Source: Candidatus Poribacteria bacterium
Lineage (GTDB): Bacteria > Poribacteria > WGA-4E > PCPOR2b
Length of the DNA: 64,000 nucleotides
NCBI GenBank assembly: GCA_965198175.1
Contig: OZ240245.1
Location: 3,008,001 to 3,072,000 of the forward strand
Direction of reading: 5' to 3'
The position numbers and the translations under genes are program-made. Shown here piece after piece: positions 1-10,389 of this stretch. Below the pieces are notes generated by a model. That model was not told where the DNA came from and ran no database searches. It worked only from the letters and a program-made list of their open reading frames with translations. Position 1 is the stretch's first letter; the number at the start of each line of letters is the position of its first letter.

Positions 1-3000
1 AAACGTTTGTAGAGGCTGGTCCGATTTTCATCGAGCCACCACATGTCGCGCACGACGACGTAAGGGGTAAGGCGAACGGATCCATTTTCTTGTACGACGA
101 ACCCTTCTCCAGTGTAGAGGGTTGGGTTTTTAGCACCGCTTTTTCCAGCTTTAATCAGCAGCAACCGCTTGCCAATCTGACCATATGCCATGCCAATTTT
201 GATGCGGGAATTCGGTTCAGAATAGACTAATGCGATCGGCTCCGTTGCCGAAACCATCGGTTGTTGCCACGGTTTGGACACCCCATATTTTTCCGGTGGG
301 CTGTCGCTTAGCGCATCGTAAACGCTCAATTCACGAAGGGTACGCAGGTAACGCTGATCGACTAAGTCGTAGATAGTTGTGGACACGCAAGGAAAAACCA
401 CGATTCGACAACCGCGGCGACGCGTGGTAATAGGCACCTTATTCGGCAAAAGTTCAGCCCCAAAGTTTCCCAAATCGGGTGCGTAGACAATATCACCCGA
501 ATCGGAATCGAGGATATACGCCTCGACTTCCTGTGTGCCGCCGCGTCGCTGGATGGCGCGCCCTTCCATCGCGAGCCCAACGACTTCAAAGACCCCTTTG
601 TTATCCCCCATGGCAAAGACATCACCGCGGACCCCCATCATTGTTTTATTCTTTCGCCGCAACGTAAGAATCGGATGCGGCACCGGTTTGTTCGGCAAGG
701 CGCTTTCACGCGCGTCATACTCCACAACATCGCCGAACAGATTGCAATAGAAGTTTCCCACCCGCGCGGCGGTCGGCATCTTCGGGTCACGCATCGCCTG
801 AATCAGAATTGCTGCGAGCGTCTTGGCTTGTTTGTGCAGGTTGCCATCTTCCCTCAAATCCATTTTATCAATTGTATCTAACGGCGTGTCGGTAAGGACC
901 CGCGCATCATCAATGGTGGCGAAGGCAATTCCCGTTTTGCCGATCAGCGTCGCGACTTCGCTGTCGAATGCAATTTTGCCGGGGATATAAGTTGTCCACG
1001 TTTTTCCGCCTGAAGCAGAAATCGCGTTAACGAAGTTGGTGTCTCCTCCCAAACCAACAATGTCAATTAATGTCTTGATATCGTCAATCTCATCCTCTGT
1101 CAGCTCTGATGGTTTTACATTTCGAAGGGCAAGCATCGCTGGAAGCCGATTGAAGAGGCGAATACTGTTCTTGCGATCTTTGCGAGATTCCCGCAAATCG
1201 TTTCGGATAAATCGCTCCACCTCCTTGCGGATGTAGTCCATATCCTTGAGCATATCTTCGGAAGGCTCACCCCGATTTCTCATTTGTTCAAACTGCATCT
1301 TCATTAAGCGGGAGACACCGGAAAGCTCGACCAATGTATCGTAATGTTCGTCAATTAGCGTTTCCAACGATTTGCCATCGATGGCTTGTTTTGACTCAAT
1401 GCCAGATGCAACTTCCCATTGACTGGTCATCACAGCTTGCCAAATCTGATCGTCAGTAAACGTCCAGAGGTTGTTAATGCGGACGCCAAAGTCTACATCT
1501 TCGGCATACTGCGCGAGTTTGTTACCGATGAATGCAAACTCTCGCCGCAGCACAAATTCAGGCTGCTGATCGTAGAACCATCCTTTATTGAACACACCGA
1601 ATTTGTCATTTTGGGTGGACAGATCGATAGCAACAAACAAAGAGGTATAATAGCGGTTGAAGAGGTCCTGGAGGGCAATTGCCTGCTCCATGTTCGTAAT
1701 TTTCCGATCGTATTCCGGCTTGCTAATGCGTGCGATGACTTGCACTCGTTTTTGAATGTTGCGGAATCTTGCATTCCGCAGCGTGAGCATGTTATCGCGT
1801 AGCAGGGTCTTCGTTTCTTCTGGAAGATCTCGGTCGAGCTCATCTAGGCGGTTAAACATATTCTGAAGTTCTACAACGTCGTTCTTAGCACGCTGTTTAA
1901 CCAGTTGAAGCAGACGCCGCTGTTCAAGGTACGCGACAATCTGCGTGCGTGCCTCTATCGCCGCGTCAACCTCATCTGCTGGAAGATAGTGCCTTAATAC
2001 CAGTAATTCTTCCTCAAGATATAGGCGGTTCACTGAAGCGTGGCGTTCCAATTTCAAAAGCGATGCGATTCGCTGTCGCTCGAGTCTTGCGTTTCGCATG
2101 GCCGTTTCAAAAATCGATCGTTTGTCTTTGGTCAGTTCTTCGATAAAAATGGCATGAGATTCCCGAGCCACTGCGCCGCCATCTGCGCCTTCAATCTCTG
2201 CCAATTTTTGACGGAGTTGTTTCTGAATTGTCTTGAAGCGGTCCAGACTTGATTCACCGAGGAATGGGCCAATCATCGTGTCAATGTCATCAGGAGCATG
2301 GGCGGCATCTCTCTGCAGATCGTTAATGGTGACTTTGATTCGTGACTCAGAGTCTGTATCGGTAGGAATTTTTTGCAGGGCGCGGTTAAGGAGTTGTTTT
2401 TCTTCGGCAATATACTCGTCTAAGGCAGCATTGGCGCGATGCACAATTTTGCGGTACCCCTTTATCTGCTCTAAGCCGTGAAAATCGAGATGCCGATCCA
2501 AGAGCTGTTCCTGAGCATATTGTAGCGCAAATTTTCGGCGGTCTTTAAGTTCCCAATCCTCCAAATAGTCAGAGAGTCGCTGCACATCTATCGCCAAAGG
2601 TGTGTTAACCAAATCAGGAGGCACTGGGAGATAGTAGTGGTCATCTTCTCCCTTTCGCGGTTTCAAATAAGAACCCTCAGCCGTTCGGCCATAGCTTCCA
2701 CCAATGTTATTCGCCACCAAATCTGCCTCCAGTTTTGCAATCGCCCACTCATCAAGCCGTGCCATCGGCAATGCGATATTCTCAATCAGCTCTCGCTGCG
2801 CTTTTCGAGACTCTTCCAGCGCTTGAGTTCTGAGATTATCCACTCGCCTGACCACAGATCGCAAAAATTGGGTGGTTTGTAACGCGTCCTTTTTGAACTT
2901 AGCCAAGTTTATTTCAAGGCGGGATTGCTCTTCCTGCGTAAATCCCTGCTTTTCCCGCTTCTTGGTGGTTTCAAGCTTCTTCTTCTGTTTCTCTTTATAA

Positions 3001-4874
3001 TCCCGCTGGGCGTTACGAAGCCAATCAACACGGCCTCGAGTCGCCTCAAGATCGCCTAGTGTAATTTGGAGCGAATTGAGGGCAGCATCCTGTTGATGGA
3101 CTTCGTAAAAGAAATTCGGTGGCAAATCCACTAAGACATTTCGATCGATCGATAGCAATAGTTTTCGACCAAGTTCTTTAAATTCAAATAGATCCGCAGC
3201 TAACCCTCGACGCAGCCCACGCATAGTAGGTGTCCCTGGTGAATCCGCTCCGCGCCCGACGACATCTTGACCAATTCCCTCCATAAATGCTCGCATACCC
3301 GCTAACCCCTGGAAATGGGCGTCCGAAGCAACAAACAGGATCGAGCGCCCCGGGCGGAATTCCGATTTGCTAAATATACGAGCCAGTTCTAGAAGGGCAG
3401 CAATTCCGCCGGTCGGATCGGCTCCCGGCGCAATCGCTGGAACAACCGACATCGAGTCGTAATACGCTGTGATCACGACAAGCTCATCTTTGAGTGCAGG
3501 ATCGCCGCCATCAAGGAAACCGCGAATATTCTGCCCAATTCGTCGTTCCCAGTTCATGGTCGCGCTGAGACGGACGAAGAGTTGGCTATCCGCCTTCTGT
3601 CGTTCGCTAGCAGAGGACGAAATGCGGGGAGCTTCTCCCAGCATCGCTAACAGTTTGCCAGTATCGGCTTGCGAAATCCAAAACCTCGGTATGTTGGCAG
3701 GAACGGTCAGAAACTTATTCTCCGCTTCCCCGCGAATTGTGGTTTCCGGCTCTATGAAAATCACAGCCTTCGCACCGAGCATTGCCGCGTTGATCCATTT
3801 CGTGCTGGAGTTAAAATCAATTAGCACAACACTGCCACGGGGTATAAAGAGGCTCGATTCGTAAGCAGCGACGAACTCGCCATCTTCGTCAATGCGTCCG
3901 TTGTTATTGTTGTCAATCCCATCTGTCTCTTCGCCGGGTTGCTCATCAATAAAGCCATCTGCGTCGTTATCAATGCCATCTGTATCCCAATGTAGTATAT
4001 CAGCGAGGAGAGGGATTTCACCATATTCATCAATTTGACCATCCTCGTTGTTATCAATTCCGTCCTCAGTTTTCTGGAGATGGCTATTAAGTACATCGTC
4101 GGTGATACTCCCGACACCAACACGGAAGCGATGGGCGATGTCGCGCAAGGCATCACCTGGCTGAACCTTGTACCAAAAACCACCGATATCTTTGCCATTA
4201 AAGTCTGCTAGTTCCCCCCCACTACCGTAAAAGAGTGGCACAGTTAAGCCGCCGGTAGGAATAAAAACCGTATTACCGTCAATCAAGGCGAATTCGCCAG
4301 GCTCATCGACCTGACCATCTCCGTTGTTGTCCTGCCCATCGGTCGCATGATCTTGCAGAAACTGATTGTGGGAGTCATTCAGAATGGACTGGACATCAAC
4401 ACGGTAGGATTGGGCAATTGCTTCTAGGGTTTCTTTGTCTTGAACAAGGTGTTTGATTCCAGTAGGGAGTAGCGAGGTTCGGACCAGGTTTGGCCAAACA
4501 GATCGGATTTTAAAGGTTTCAATTGCAGTCCCGTCTGCGCTAAGGACCTCAAGCTTTCCGTCGTCATGGTCGATGGGAACGGCGATTGGGAATTCGCGAC
4601 TTTCGACATTCTGCAAGCCGATTTCAACGAATCGGTCAAAGATATACTTGCTGGCGGAAGCTGCTCCGGGATAGCCCGTAACGCGACTCGACAGGCTGGA
4701 AAGCCGTGCAATGTCCTTTCGCATGCCGCCGATGTCCACCTGGGCCCGAATCTCCACCGCAATTTCCGAAAGACCAATGGATTGGTCTCCTTCGGATGCG
4801 AGAAGTATCTGTGTAGAGATTAAAGCAAGCAGGCACAGTCCTAAAACGCAGACGAACGAGTTTCTCGCACACAT
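1..4874 (-). CDS. Large secreted M28-peptidase-like protein with two LysM-like domains and DGxDNxxDGxxDE repeats; 3' end beyond the window (family often carries a C-terminal FtsX-like permease)
   Basis: Manual translation from ATG 4874 (RBS AAGGGAG): MCARNSFVCVLGLCLLALIST...SRVTGYPGA...WPNLVRTS...VITAYYDSMSVVPAIAPGAD...; same frame at the window edge reads RDMWWLDENRTSLYKR. Both ends were translated, the middle was not checked codon by codon; absence from the ORF track fits a frame with no stop in the window. Confidence 0.8.
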   Translation of the reverse strand, partial: MCARNSFVCVLGLCLLALISTQILLASEGDQSIGLSEIAVEIRAQVDIGGMRKDIARLSSLSSRVTGYPGAASASKYIFDRFVEIGLQNVESREFPIAVPIDHDDGKLEVLSADGTAIETFKIRSVWPNLVRTSLLPTGIKHLVQDKETLEAIAQSYRVDVQSILNDSHNQFLQDHATDGQDNNGDGQVDEPGEFALIDGNTVFIPTGGLTVPLFYGSGGELADFNGKDIGGFWYKVQPGDALRDIAHRFRVGVGSITDDVLNSHLQKTEDGIDNNEDGQIDEYGEIPLLADILHWDTDGIDNDADGFIDEQPGEETDGIDNNNNGRIDEDGEFVAAYESSLFIPRGSVVLIDFNSSTKWINAAMLGAKAVIFIEPETTIRGEAENKFLTVPANIPRFWISQADTGKLLAMLGEAPRISSSASERQKADSQLFVRLSATMNWERRIGQNIRGFLDGGDPALKDELVVITAYYDSMSVVPAIAPGADPTGGIAALLELARIFSKSEFRPGRSILFVASDAHFQGLAGMRAFMEGIGQDVVGRGADSPGTPTMRGLRRGLAADLFEFKELGRKLLLSIDRNVLVDLPPNFFYEVHQQDAALNSLQITLGDLEATRGRVDWLRNAQRDYKEKQKKKLETTKKREKQGFTQEEQSRLEINLAKFKKDALQTTQFLRSVVRRVDNLRTQALEESRKAQRELIENIALPMARLDEWAIAKLEADLVANNIGGSYGRTAEGSYLKPRKGEDDHYYLPVPPDLVNTPLAIDVQRLSDYLEDWELKDRRKFALQYAQEQLLDRHLDFHGLEQIKGYRKIVHRANAALDEYIAEEKQLLNRALQKIPTDTDSESRIKVTINDLQRDAAHAPDDIDTMIGPFLGESSLDRFKTIQKQLRQKLAEIEGADGGAVARESHAIFIEELTKDKRSIFETAMRNARLERQRIASLLKLERHASVNRLYLEEELLVLRHYLPADEVDAAIEARTQIVAYLEQRRLLQLVKQRAKNDVVELQNMFNRLDELDRDLPEETKTLLRDNMLTLRNARFRNIQKRVQVIARISKPEYDRKITNMEQAIALQDLFNRYYTSLFVAIDLSTQNDKFGVFNKGWFYDQQPEFVLRREFAFIGNKLAQYAEDVDFGVRINNLWTFTDDQIWQAVMTSQWEVASGIESKQAIDGKSLETLIDEHYDTLVELSGVSRLMKMQFEQMRNRGEPSEDMLKDMDYIRKEVERFIRNDLRESRKDRKNSIRLFNRLPAMLALRNVKPSELTEDEIDDIKTLIDIVGLGGDTNFVNAISASGGKTWTTYIPGKIAFDSEVATLIGKTGIAFATIDDARVLTDTPLDTIDKMDLREDGNLHKQAKTLAAILIQAMRDPKMPTAARVGNFYCNLFGDVVEYDARESALPNKPVPHPILTLRRKNKTMMGVRGDVFAMGDNKGVFEVVGLAMEGRAIQRRGGTQEVEAYILDSDSGDIVYAPDLGNFGAELLPNKVPITTRRRGCRIVVFPCVSTTIYDLVDQRYLRTLRELSVYDALSDSPPEKYGVSKPWQQPMVSATEPIALVYSEPNSRIKIGMAYGQIGKRLLLIKAGKSGAKNPTLYTGEGFVVQENGSVRLTPYVVVRDMWWLDENRTSLYKR

Positions 4875-5305
4875 AATTTTATTCTCCCTTGATTACCCCC
4901 GGGTTTACTAATAAGGTAAGATTAATAGGTGGCATGGTAAATTTGGGGATGGTACAATTTTGGGGTGTTTTTTCCCATCTGTTAACTTCCGTCAGATTCT
5001 ATCATAGTCAAGAAATCTTGTCAAGGCACAAAAACCACCAATTTGATAAATCTCTTGCAGTTTTGCATTTTGAAATGGTATCTTTCTTGAGTGTCTTGTC
5101 CAGCCACAGAAGTTCACCGTTTTGCAGAGCGGTTGCTTGATTGGTAATTGGTGCAAAGTATGGTGTGACTGATGAGTGGTAATGGAAATTTCTAAAGAAT
5201 CCGAGATATTCACTCTTTGACCAGAGAGAATCCATCTGATTAATCCTCAATATCTCAAGAAATCACAAATTGTGCGAAATTCCGTAGAAGCTATGGAGGT
5301 TCCCA

Positions 5306-6055
5306 ATGAGCAAATATAAAGTAGGCTGTCATTTAATTATCTACGGCGATCGTCCCAACAATGATCTTCCTGGTGTCCTCGCCGAAATTTCCGCAGCCGG
5401 TTACAATGGCATAGAAACAGGTGACCCGACAACAGGAGGCAGATCAATTGATGAAGTAAAAGATTTGCTGGCGTCCCATAACTTAGCGCCTACAGGAGTT
5501 CACGTCGGTTATGGTAGCCTTGAGAACTTTGACAGAATGATTAAAGTCACTGAAGCGATGGGATGTGGTTACTTAATGGTTTCTGGCGTCGGTAGGAACG
5601 ATATCCTTGAAGACTATGAACGTGCCGCTGAAGTCTTCAACGAGGTTGGACGACGTTGCAACGATGCAGGCATTAGATTATGCTACCACAATCACAGTTG
5701 GGAATTTAAAGATTTTGGCGGGACTACGGGAATTTTGAAGCTATATGAATCGACAGATCCCCAACTCGTTTATGCTTGTGTGGACACTTACTGGGTGAAG
5801 CATGGCGGCGAAGATCCTGTAGTATTCCTAAAGCAATATGCGAATCGTGTTGCCTATCTTCACTTCAAGGATATGAACCCTGATGGCTCTTTCGGAGAAG
5901 TCGGGCACGGTATTCTAGATTGGACAGCAATCATGGGTGCAATCGAAGAAATTGACGTTGAGTGGCTGATGGTCGAGCAAGATCGAACGGACAAAGTACC
6001 TAAAGAGAGTATCACGATGAGTTGTCAATTCATGCGTGAGGTACTGAGAATATAA
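5306..6055 (+). CDS. Sugar phosphate isomerase/epimerase (xylose-isomerase-like TIM barrel)
   Basis: CYHNH..EF, DTYW, HFKD and VEQD motifs; GGAGG RBS. Confidence 0.85.
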   Translation: MSKYKVGCHLIIYGDRPNNDLPGVLAEISAAGYNGIETGDPTTGGRSIDEVKDLLASHNLAPTGVHVGYGSLENFDRMIKVTEAMGCGYLMVSGVGRNDILEDYERAAEVFNEVGRRCNDAGIRLCYHNHSWEFKDFGGTTGILKLYESTDPQLVYACVDTYWVKHGGEDPVVFLKQYANRVAYLHFKDMNPDGSFGEVGHGILDWTAIMGAIEEIDVEWLMVEQDRTDKVPKESITMSCQFMREVLRI

Positions 6056-6117
6056 TCAGACCTTGCGAAAATCCCTAACCTTCTGCAAGTGTAAGATACT
6101 ATAAGCAATAGAACTGT

Positions 6118-6825
6118 ATGACAGAGGATCGTTGCAAAGTCAAAATCTGTGGGACAACCACTGTTGCAGATGCACAGATGGTAGTGGAGGCGGGGGTTGA
6201 CTACTCCGGGATTGTCGTTGAAACGCCTTTCTCCGAGCGATCTATTTCTATTCCTCAAGCTGCCGAGATTGCACGCTATACCCCGATTCCAACCATTGCG
6301 CTGGTATTTAATCGACCGATAGACTGGGTTCAAAAGGCAGTTGAAAAGATCGAGCCTTTTGCAATTCAACTGCTTGGACATGAAGTTCCCGACGAAATTT
6401 TACGACTGAAACGGCTGCTATCGTGCGAAGTCTGGAAATCGTTGTTTCTGCCGTCAGATGGTGGACAAAAAATTGATGCTCATGACATCTACGCTCAAGC
6501 AAAAGCCTACATCAGCGCTGGTGCGGACGCCCTGTTGTTTGACACTGTCGATTTCAGTTCGGCAAAGGCTCGATTTGGTGGAACCGGCAGAACCAGCGAT
6601 TGGAACTTTGCAAGGCAACTTATAGGCGATTCTCAAATACCAGCGTTCTTGTCCGGAGGAATTCGCTCTGAAAATGTCAGGGCAGCAATTGAAAACGTAC
6701 GTCCTTATGGTATCGATCTTTGTTCAGGTGTTGAATCGGCGAAGGGTGTGCGTGATTCGCAGAAGCTGGAGTTACTCATGCAACAGGTCCGAGCTGCTTC
6801 CATTGCGCACTCCTTGCCGACTTAG
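6118..6825 (+). CDS. trpF: Phosphoribosylanthranilate isomerase
   Basis: KVKICG, GGTG..SDW, LSGGI..ENV and GIDLCSGVE motifs. Confidence 0.9.
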   Translation: MTEDRCKVKICGTTTVADAQMVVEAGVDYSGIVVETPFSERSISIPQAAEIARYTPIPTIALVFNRPIDWVQKAVEKIEPFAIQLLGHEVPDEILRLKRLLSCEVWKSLFLPSDGGQKIDAHDIYAQAKAYISAGADALLFDTVDFSSAKARFGGTGRTSDWNFARQLIGDSQIPAFLSGGIRSENVRAAIENVRPYGIDLCSGVESAKGVRDSQKLELLMQQVRAASIAHSLPT

Positions 6826-6864
6826 GTGGCTTTCGGGCAATTCCCTAAGTCTAATCGGAGGCGT

Positions 6865-6891
6865 AAAAAAACCGAGAGCGTTTGCCCTCGG
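6865..6891 (-). terminator. Intrinsic terminator downstream of hicBA
   Basis: Minus strand CCGAGGGC-AAAC-GCTCTCGG followed by TTTTTTT. Confidence 0.7.
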
Positions 6892-6899
6892 CTGAACGT

Positions 6900-7085
6900 T
6901 TAGATACTTGGTATTCCTAAATCCTTGCAGATTCTTTTAGCCAATAGATCGACTATTTCTCTATGTCGTGGTACTTTGCTTTTAGTATTTAATTCAGTGT
7001 TAATCCAAATAGTGTGATTACTGCCCTCTCTAAGCTGCTCTCAATTATGTGAGCGTAAATGCTTTAGTAATTTCTGTCGTTTCAT
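6900..7085 (-). pseudogene. hicA: HicA-family toxin with an in-frame TGA at codon 15 (nonsense allele or recoded)
   Basis: Manual translation MKRQKLLKHLRSHN*EQLREGSNHTIWINTELNTKSKVPRHREIVDLLAKRICKDLGIPSI; TGA at 7041-7043; directly downstream of hicB. Confidence 0.8.
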
Positions 7086-7097
7086 TCATAAATCAAC

Positions 7098-7325
7098 TCA
7101 TAGGTAAATTGGCACTTCTTGATAATAGTTTCTAGATATGATATTTTCAGATTGCTCTTTATCATATTCTAGAATGTCTCTTAAGCCCAGATGCAGTGAT
7201 TCGATAAGTTCTTCATACGTATGTTCTTGGCAATTTACACCAGGGACTTCTTTAACCCATCCTATCCACCATTCCCCGTGTTTTTGGATGATGGCAGTAT
7301 ATTCTTTTTGCTTTGATGCTGTCAC
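7098..7325 (-). CDS. hicB: HicB-family antitoxin
   Basis: YTAII...WWIGWVKEVPGVNCQ..T.EEL; likely GTG start at 7325 after GGAGG. Confidence 0.85.
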   Translation of the reverse strand: MTASKQKEYTAIIQKHGEWWIGWVKEVPGVNCQEHTYEELIESLHLGLRDILEYDKEQSENIISRNYYQEVPIYL

Positions 7326-7483
7326 GTCACATTGCCTCCATTTTATTGCTGCACATTGCGACAAACTATCCTACAATTGCATCAACGGAAGGCTACCATA
7401 TATGGCATGTTATGTCAACCTTTTTTCTCACAACCTACAACCCAGACCCAAAACTACTTATTGCCTAATTATATGTGATCGCC

Positions 7484-8407
7484 TCATTCTCCATATATTT
7501 TCAACGCAGTACCGCCGAGTACCATGGCTTGTTCATCGGCTGAGAGAAATTGCGTATGCAGTTTGGCTAACTTCACTAGCTGCGGATAGGTCGCATGGGA
7601 TAAAAGCCCTGGGACATCCGTACCCCACATCAATTTAGAAGGCCCGATGCGTTCGATCGCCAGACGAATATACCGTTCTGCACTCGGGTATGGGTAGCCT
7701 TCATCCGCGAGGTAAGCAGGTACCGCTGAATTGTCAAACCATACATTGGGTAGACGCCCTAAATCTATCTGCTCTTGCCACAACCTCCAACGTTCAGGGT
7801 CGGACTCAACTGCTGTGTTTGGCTGCCCCAAATGCGCAACCACAATTCGAAGATTGCGATGCGTCTCTGCAATCCCGCGCACAGCACTAGTCTGATAAGA
7901 ACGGCAGCCTATGGCGCCCAAATCGAGAACAAGCACCCAATCTCGGCGCTCAAGTTCGTCCCAAATCCATACGATATCAGGTGCATCAAGCCTGCCCTCT
8001 GGGTGAATTCCGCACAGACCAGCAGCTTCAGAACACTCCATTTTAATTGCCCGGAAACCTGATGAGGAGACGATTTTATCGAATGCCTCGCGGCAGTCCG
8101 GTGCCCAGGGATCGAGGTAAGCAGCGCCCATGAAGCGGTCCGCATAACGGGTTATTGCGTCAAGTACGTACTGATCACACTCGCCGTAAAACGGACCCTG
8201 GAGCAGCATTGTCTTGTCAACTCCGCCCCAATCCATATATGCCAAGAGCATCTCAGGAGTGACTTCGGTTTTCGCACTGCTGGGTGGAAATAGTTGAAGC
8301 GGTTCATCGCCAATAGTGACGCGGCCGTAACCTAGCCCGCGCGTGGGACCTGCAGCATTCATCCCACGAACCTCTGGGAAAATATGCGCATGTGCATCTA
8401 TTATCAT
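7484..8407 (-). CDS. Amidohydrolase_2 family protein, probable sugar-acid lactonase
   Basis: IIDAHAH, VVAHLG and LMWGTDVP motifs; sugar catabolic context. Confidence 0.8.
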   Translation of the reverse strand: MIIDAHAHIFPEVRGMNAAGPTRGLGYGRVTIGDEPLQLFPPSSAKTEVTPEMLLAYMDWGGVDKTMLLQGPFYGECDQYVLDAITRYADRFMGAAYLDPWAPDCREAFDKIVSSSGFRAIKMECSEAAGLCGIHPEGRLDAPDIVWIWDELERRDWVLVLDLGAIGCRSYQTSAVRGIAETHRNLRIVVAHLGQPNTAVESDPERWRLWQEQIDLGRLPNVWFDNSAVPAYLADEGYPYPSAERYIRLAIERIGPSKLMWGTDVPGLLSHATYPQLVKLAKLHTQFLSADEQAMVLGGTALKIYGE

Positions 8408-8434
8408 AGAGGTGCACCTCCCGTGCTTAATATC

Positions 8435-9217
8435 TTATATGTCCTTGATTCGACTTCGCACGGACGAAGTGAGTTCGTCCATGAAAGCAATGAGGTATCC
8501 GAAGTCTCCACCCACCTGAAGCCATTGCACGCCGCGTTTCGCCATAATGTAAGCGTAGTCAGGTTCCGTTCCCATCCCTGCGCCAACAAAAAGCCCAGCA
8601 TCACGTGCCTTCTTGATAATCGTTTCTATGGCGGCAACGACCTTGGGATGTTCCACATCGCCGAGCAATCCCAACGCTCCAGAGAGATCCTGTGGACCAA
8701 TGACTAAAGAATCCAAACCCGGAATAGCTACAATTTCGTCAATAGCTTCCAATGCCCCCATTGTTTCAATCTGCACAGCAACGAAGATGTTCTCATTGGC
8801 GCTGTTAATGTATTCACTCCCACCGTCACGACCATAATTTGAGGGAACTCGCGGACCGTAGCCGCGGGTCCCTAGCGGAGGATAGTGACAATCTCGGACA
8901 ACTTGCCGCACTTCTTCTGCACTCTGTACCTGCGGCACGATAATCCCATCTGCACCCGCATCCAGCACCGGCTTGATAAAGGGCATGCTGCTACCGGTCA
9001 CGCGTACGAGAGCAGCTACGCCCCTAGCGCGGGCTGACAGGAGATGACCATTGAGCGCTTCAGGACTCATTAAACTATGCTCTAAGTCAATCCAAAAAAA
9101 ATCCACTGAGTCACCCAATGCATCGGTAACTAGCGGATCGGTAAAAGTAATGCCCGGTCCCAGGCAGATGTATCCCGCTTTGAGCTTATCTCGAAACTCG
9201 GTAATTGCTTTACCCAT
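8435..9217 (-). CDS. HpcH/HpaI aldolase family (2-keto-3-deoxy sugar-acid aldolase-like)
   Basis: IDLEHS, LDAGADGIIVP, YPPLGTRG, QIET and IGPQDLS motifs. Confidence 0.9.
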   Translation of the reverse strand: MGKAITEFRDKLKAGYICLGPGITFTDPLVTDALGDSVDFFWIDLEHSLMSPEALNGHLLSARARGVAALVRVTGSSMPFIKPVLDAGADGIIVPQVQSAEEVRQVVRDCHYPPLGTRGYGPRVPSNYGRDGGSEYINSANENIFVAVQIETMGALEAIDEIVAIPGLDSLVIGPQDLSGALGLLGDVEHPKVVAAIETIIKKARDAGLFVGAGMGTEPDYAYIMAKRGVQWLQVGGDFGYLIAFMDELTSSVRSRIKDI

Positions 9218-9434
9218 AAAAAATTCTCCTCATAATTATATCGCTTTATGTTACTGATTCCGCGGAATGAGATATATTATCATATTCGGGGGCAGGAAGA
9301 CCTAGCATACAGCTAGAAATAATACATTTACTCAGTGGTCTGTAGGAGAGGCTTCCCAGCCTCGATTATCAATCGGTCGATTCCTCCTTTTGTAAATATG
9401 AACCTAAATGACTATAACTCGAAAAAGACCCGAT

Positions 9435-10298
9435 TCACAGCGGATTCACCGGCGAGGGATACTGTGATTTAATCAGATCTAACCCTATCTTCCACGGCGC
9501 TTTCACCCCGTACCCCAGCTCTGAGCCACCGCTGATAATCAGGTCAATACCGGTCACATAACTTGCCCAATCGCTTGCTAGAAACAGACAGACATAACCG
9601 GCCTCCTCATTAGAACCGCTGCGCCCGGCCCACTGCCAGCTATCCACTAGTTTATCAAGTTCCTCAGGATTCTCCGACTGAGCCACCCCCTCGATACGAC
9701 TGTTAGACAAGATGTTGCCCGGCAGAACTGCGTTCACACGCACACCATGGCGCGCCTCCTCAATAGCAAGCGCCTTGGTGAACGCGCTGATACCGCCCTT
9801 GGTCGCGCAATAGATGGTGGCTAATTGCTGCCCCATCGTCCCAACCAAGCTACCCATGTTGATGATACTGCCTCGAACCTTTCTTATATGTGGCAGGGCA
9901 TGCTTGCATGCGGCAAAATAGCTGACTAGGTTCAAGTCTAACAAATCCCTAAATTCCTCGACTGAAAATTCATCTATAGTTTTGTGTGGTGGATGCATGC
10001 CAGCATTGTTAATCAGACAGTCCAGGCGTCCATACTTATTAACAGTCCAGTCAATGACTCGAAAGACGTCTTCCGGTACGGAGACATCACACTGTTGAAA
10101 ATGACACTCGCCTGGACCCTGGGAATTTAATTCCGTTGCCAATGCCTCTCCGACTTCTTTGCCCCGTGCGCAGATTACGACCTGCGCTCCGGCTTGGACA
10201 AAAACGCGCGCGCACCCAGACCCAATACCCTTGCTGCCTCCAGTGATCAGCGTCACCTTGTTAAAATCTTGTGGATTTGGCACAACGTTTGGAGCCAC
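9435..10298 (-). CDS. SDR oxidoreductase, HSD17B14/L-fucose dehydrogenase-like
   Basis: TGGSKGIG, NNAGMHPP, YCATKG, LPGNI and C-terminal GGSELGYG. Confidence 0.8.
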   Translation of the reverse strand: MAPNVVPNPQDFNKVTLITGGSKGIGSGCARVFVQAGAQVVICARGKEVGEALATELNSQGPGECHFQQCDVSVPEDVFRVIDWTVNKYGRLDCLINNAGMHPPHKTIDEFSVEEFRDLLDLNLVSYFAACKHALPHIRKVRGSIINMGSLVGTMGQQLATIYCATKGGISAFTKALAIEEARHGVRVNAVLPGNILSNSRIEGVAQSENPEELDKLVDSWQWAGRSGSNEEAGYVCLFLASDWASYVTGIDLIISGGSELGYGVKAPWKIGLDLIKSQYPSPVNPL

Positions 10299-10389
10299 TT
10301 TTTTACCTCTAGTTGTTTTCGATAGCCGATTTTTCGCCTAACCCAGCTGCTTAGGTTGCTGCGAAGGTCAGCCAAGACATCGGAAGGAG

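Noticed and set aside
362..4872. Many short ORFs in the track over the first 4.9 kb
   Set aside because: Shadow or alternative frames of the long minus-strand gene 1..4874
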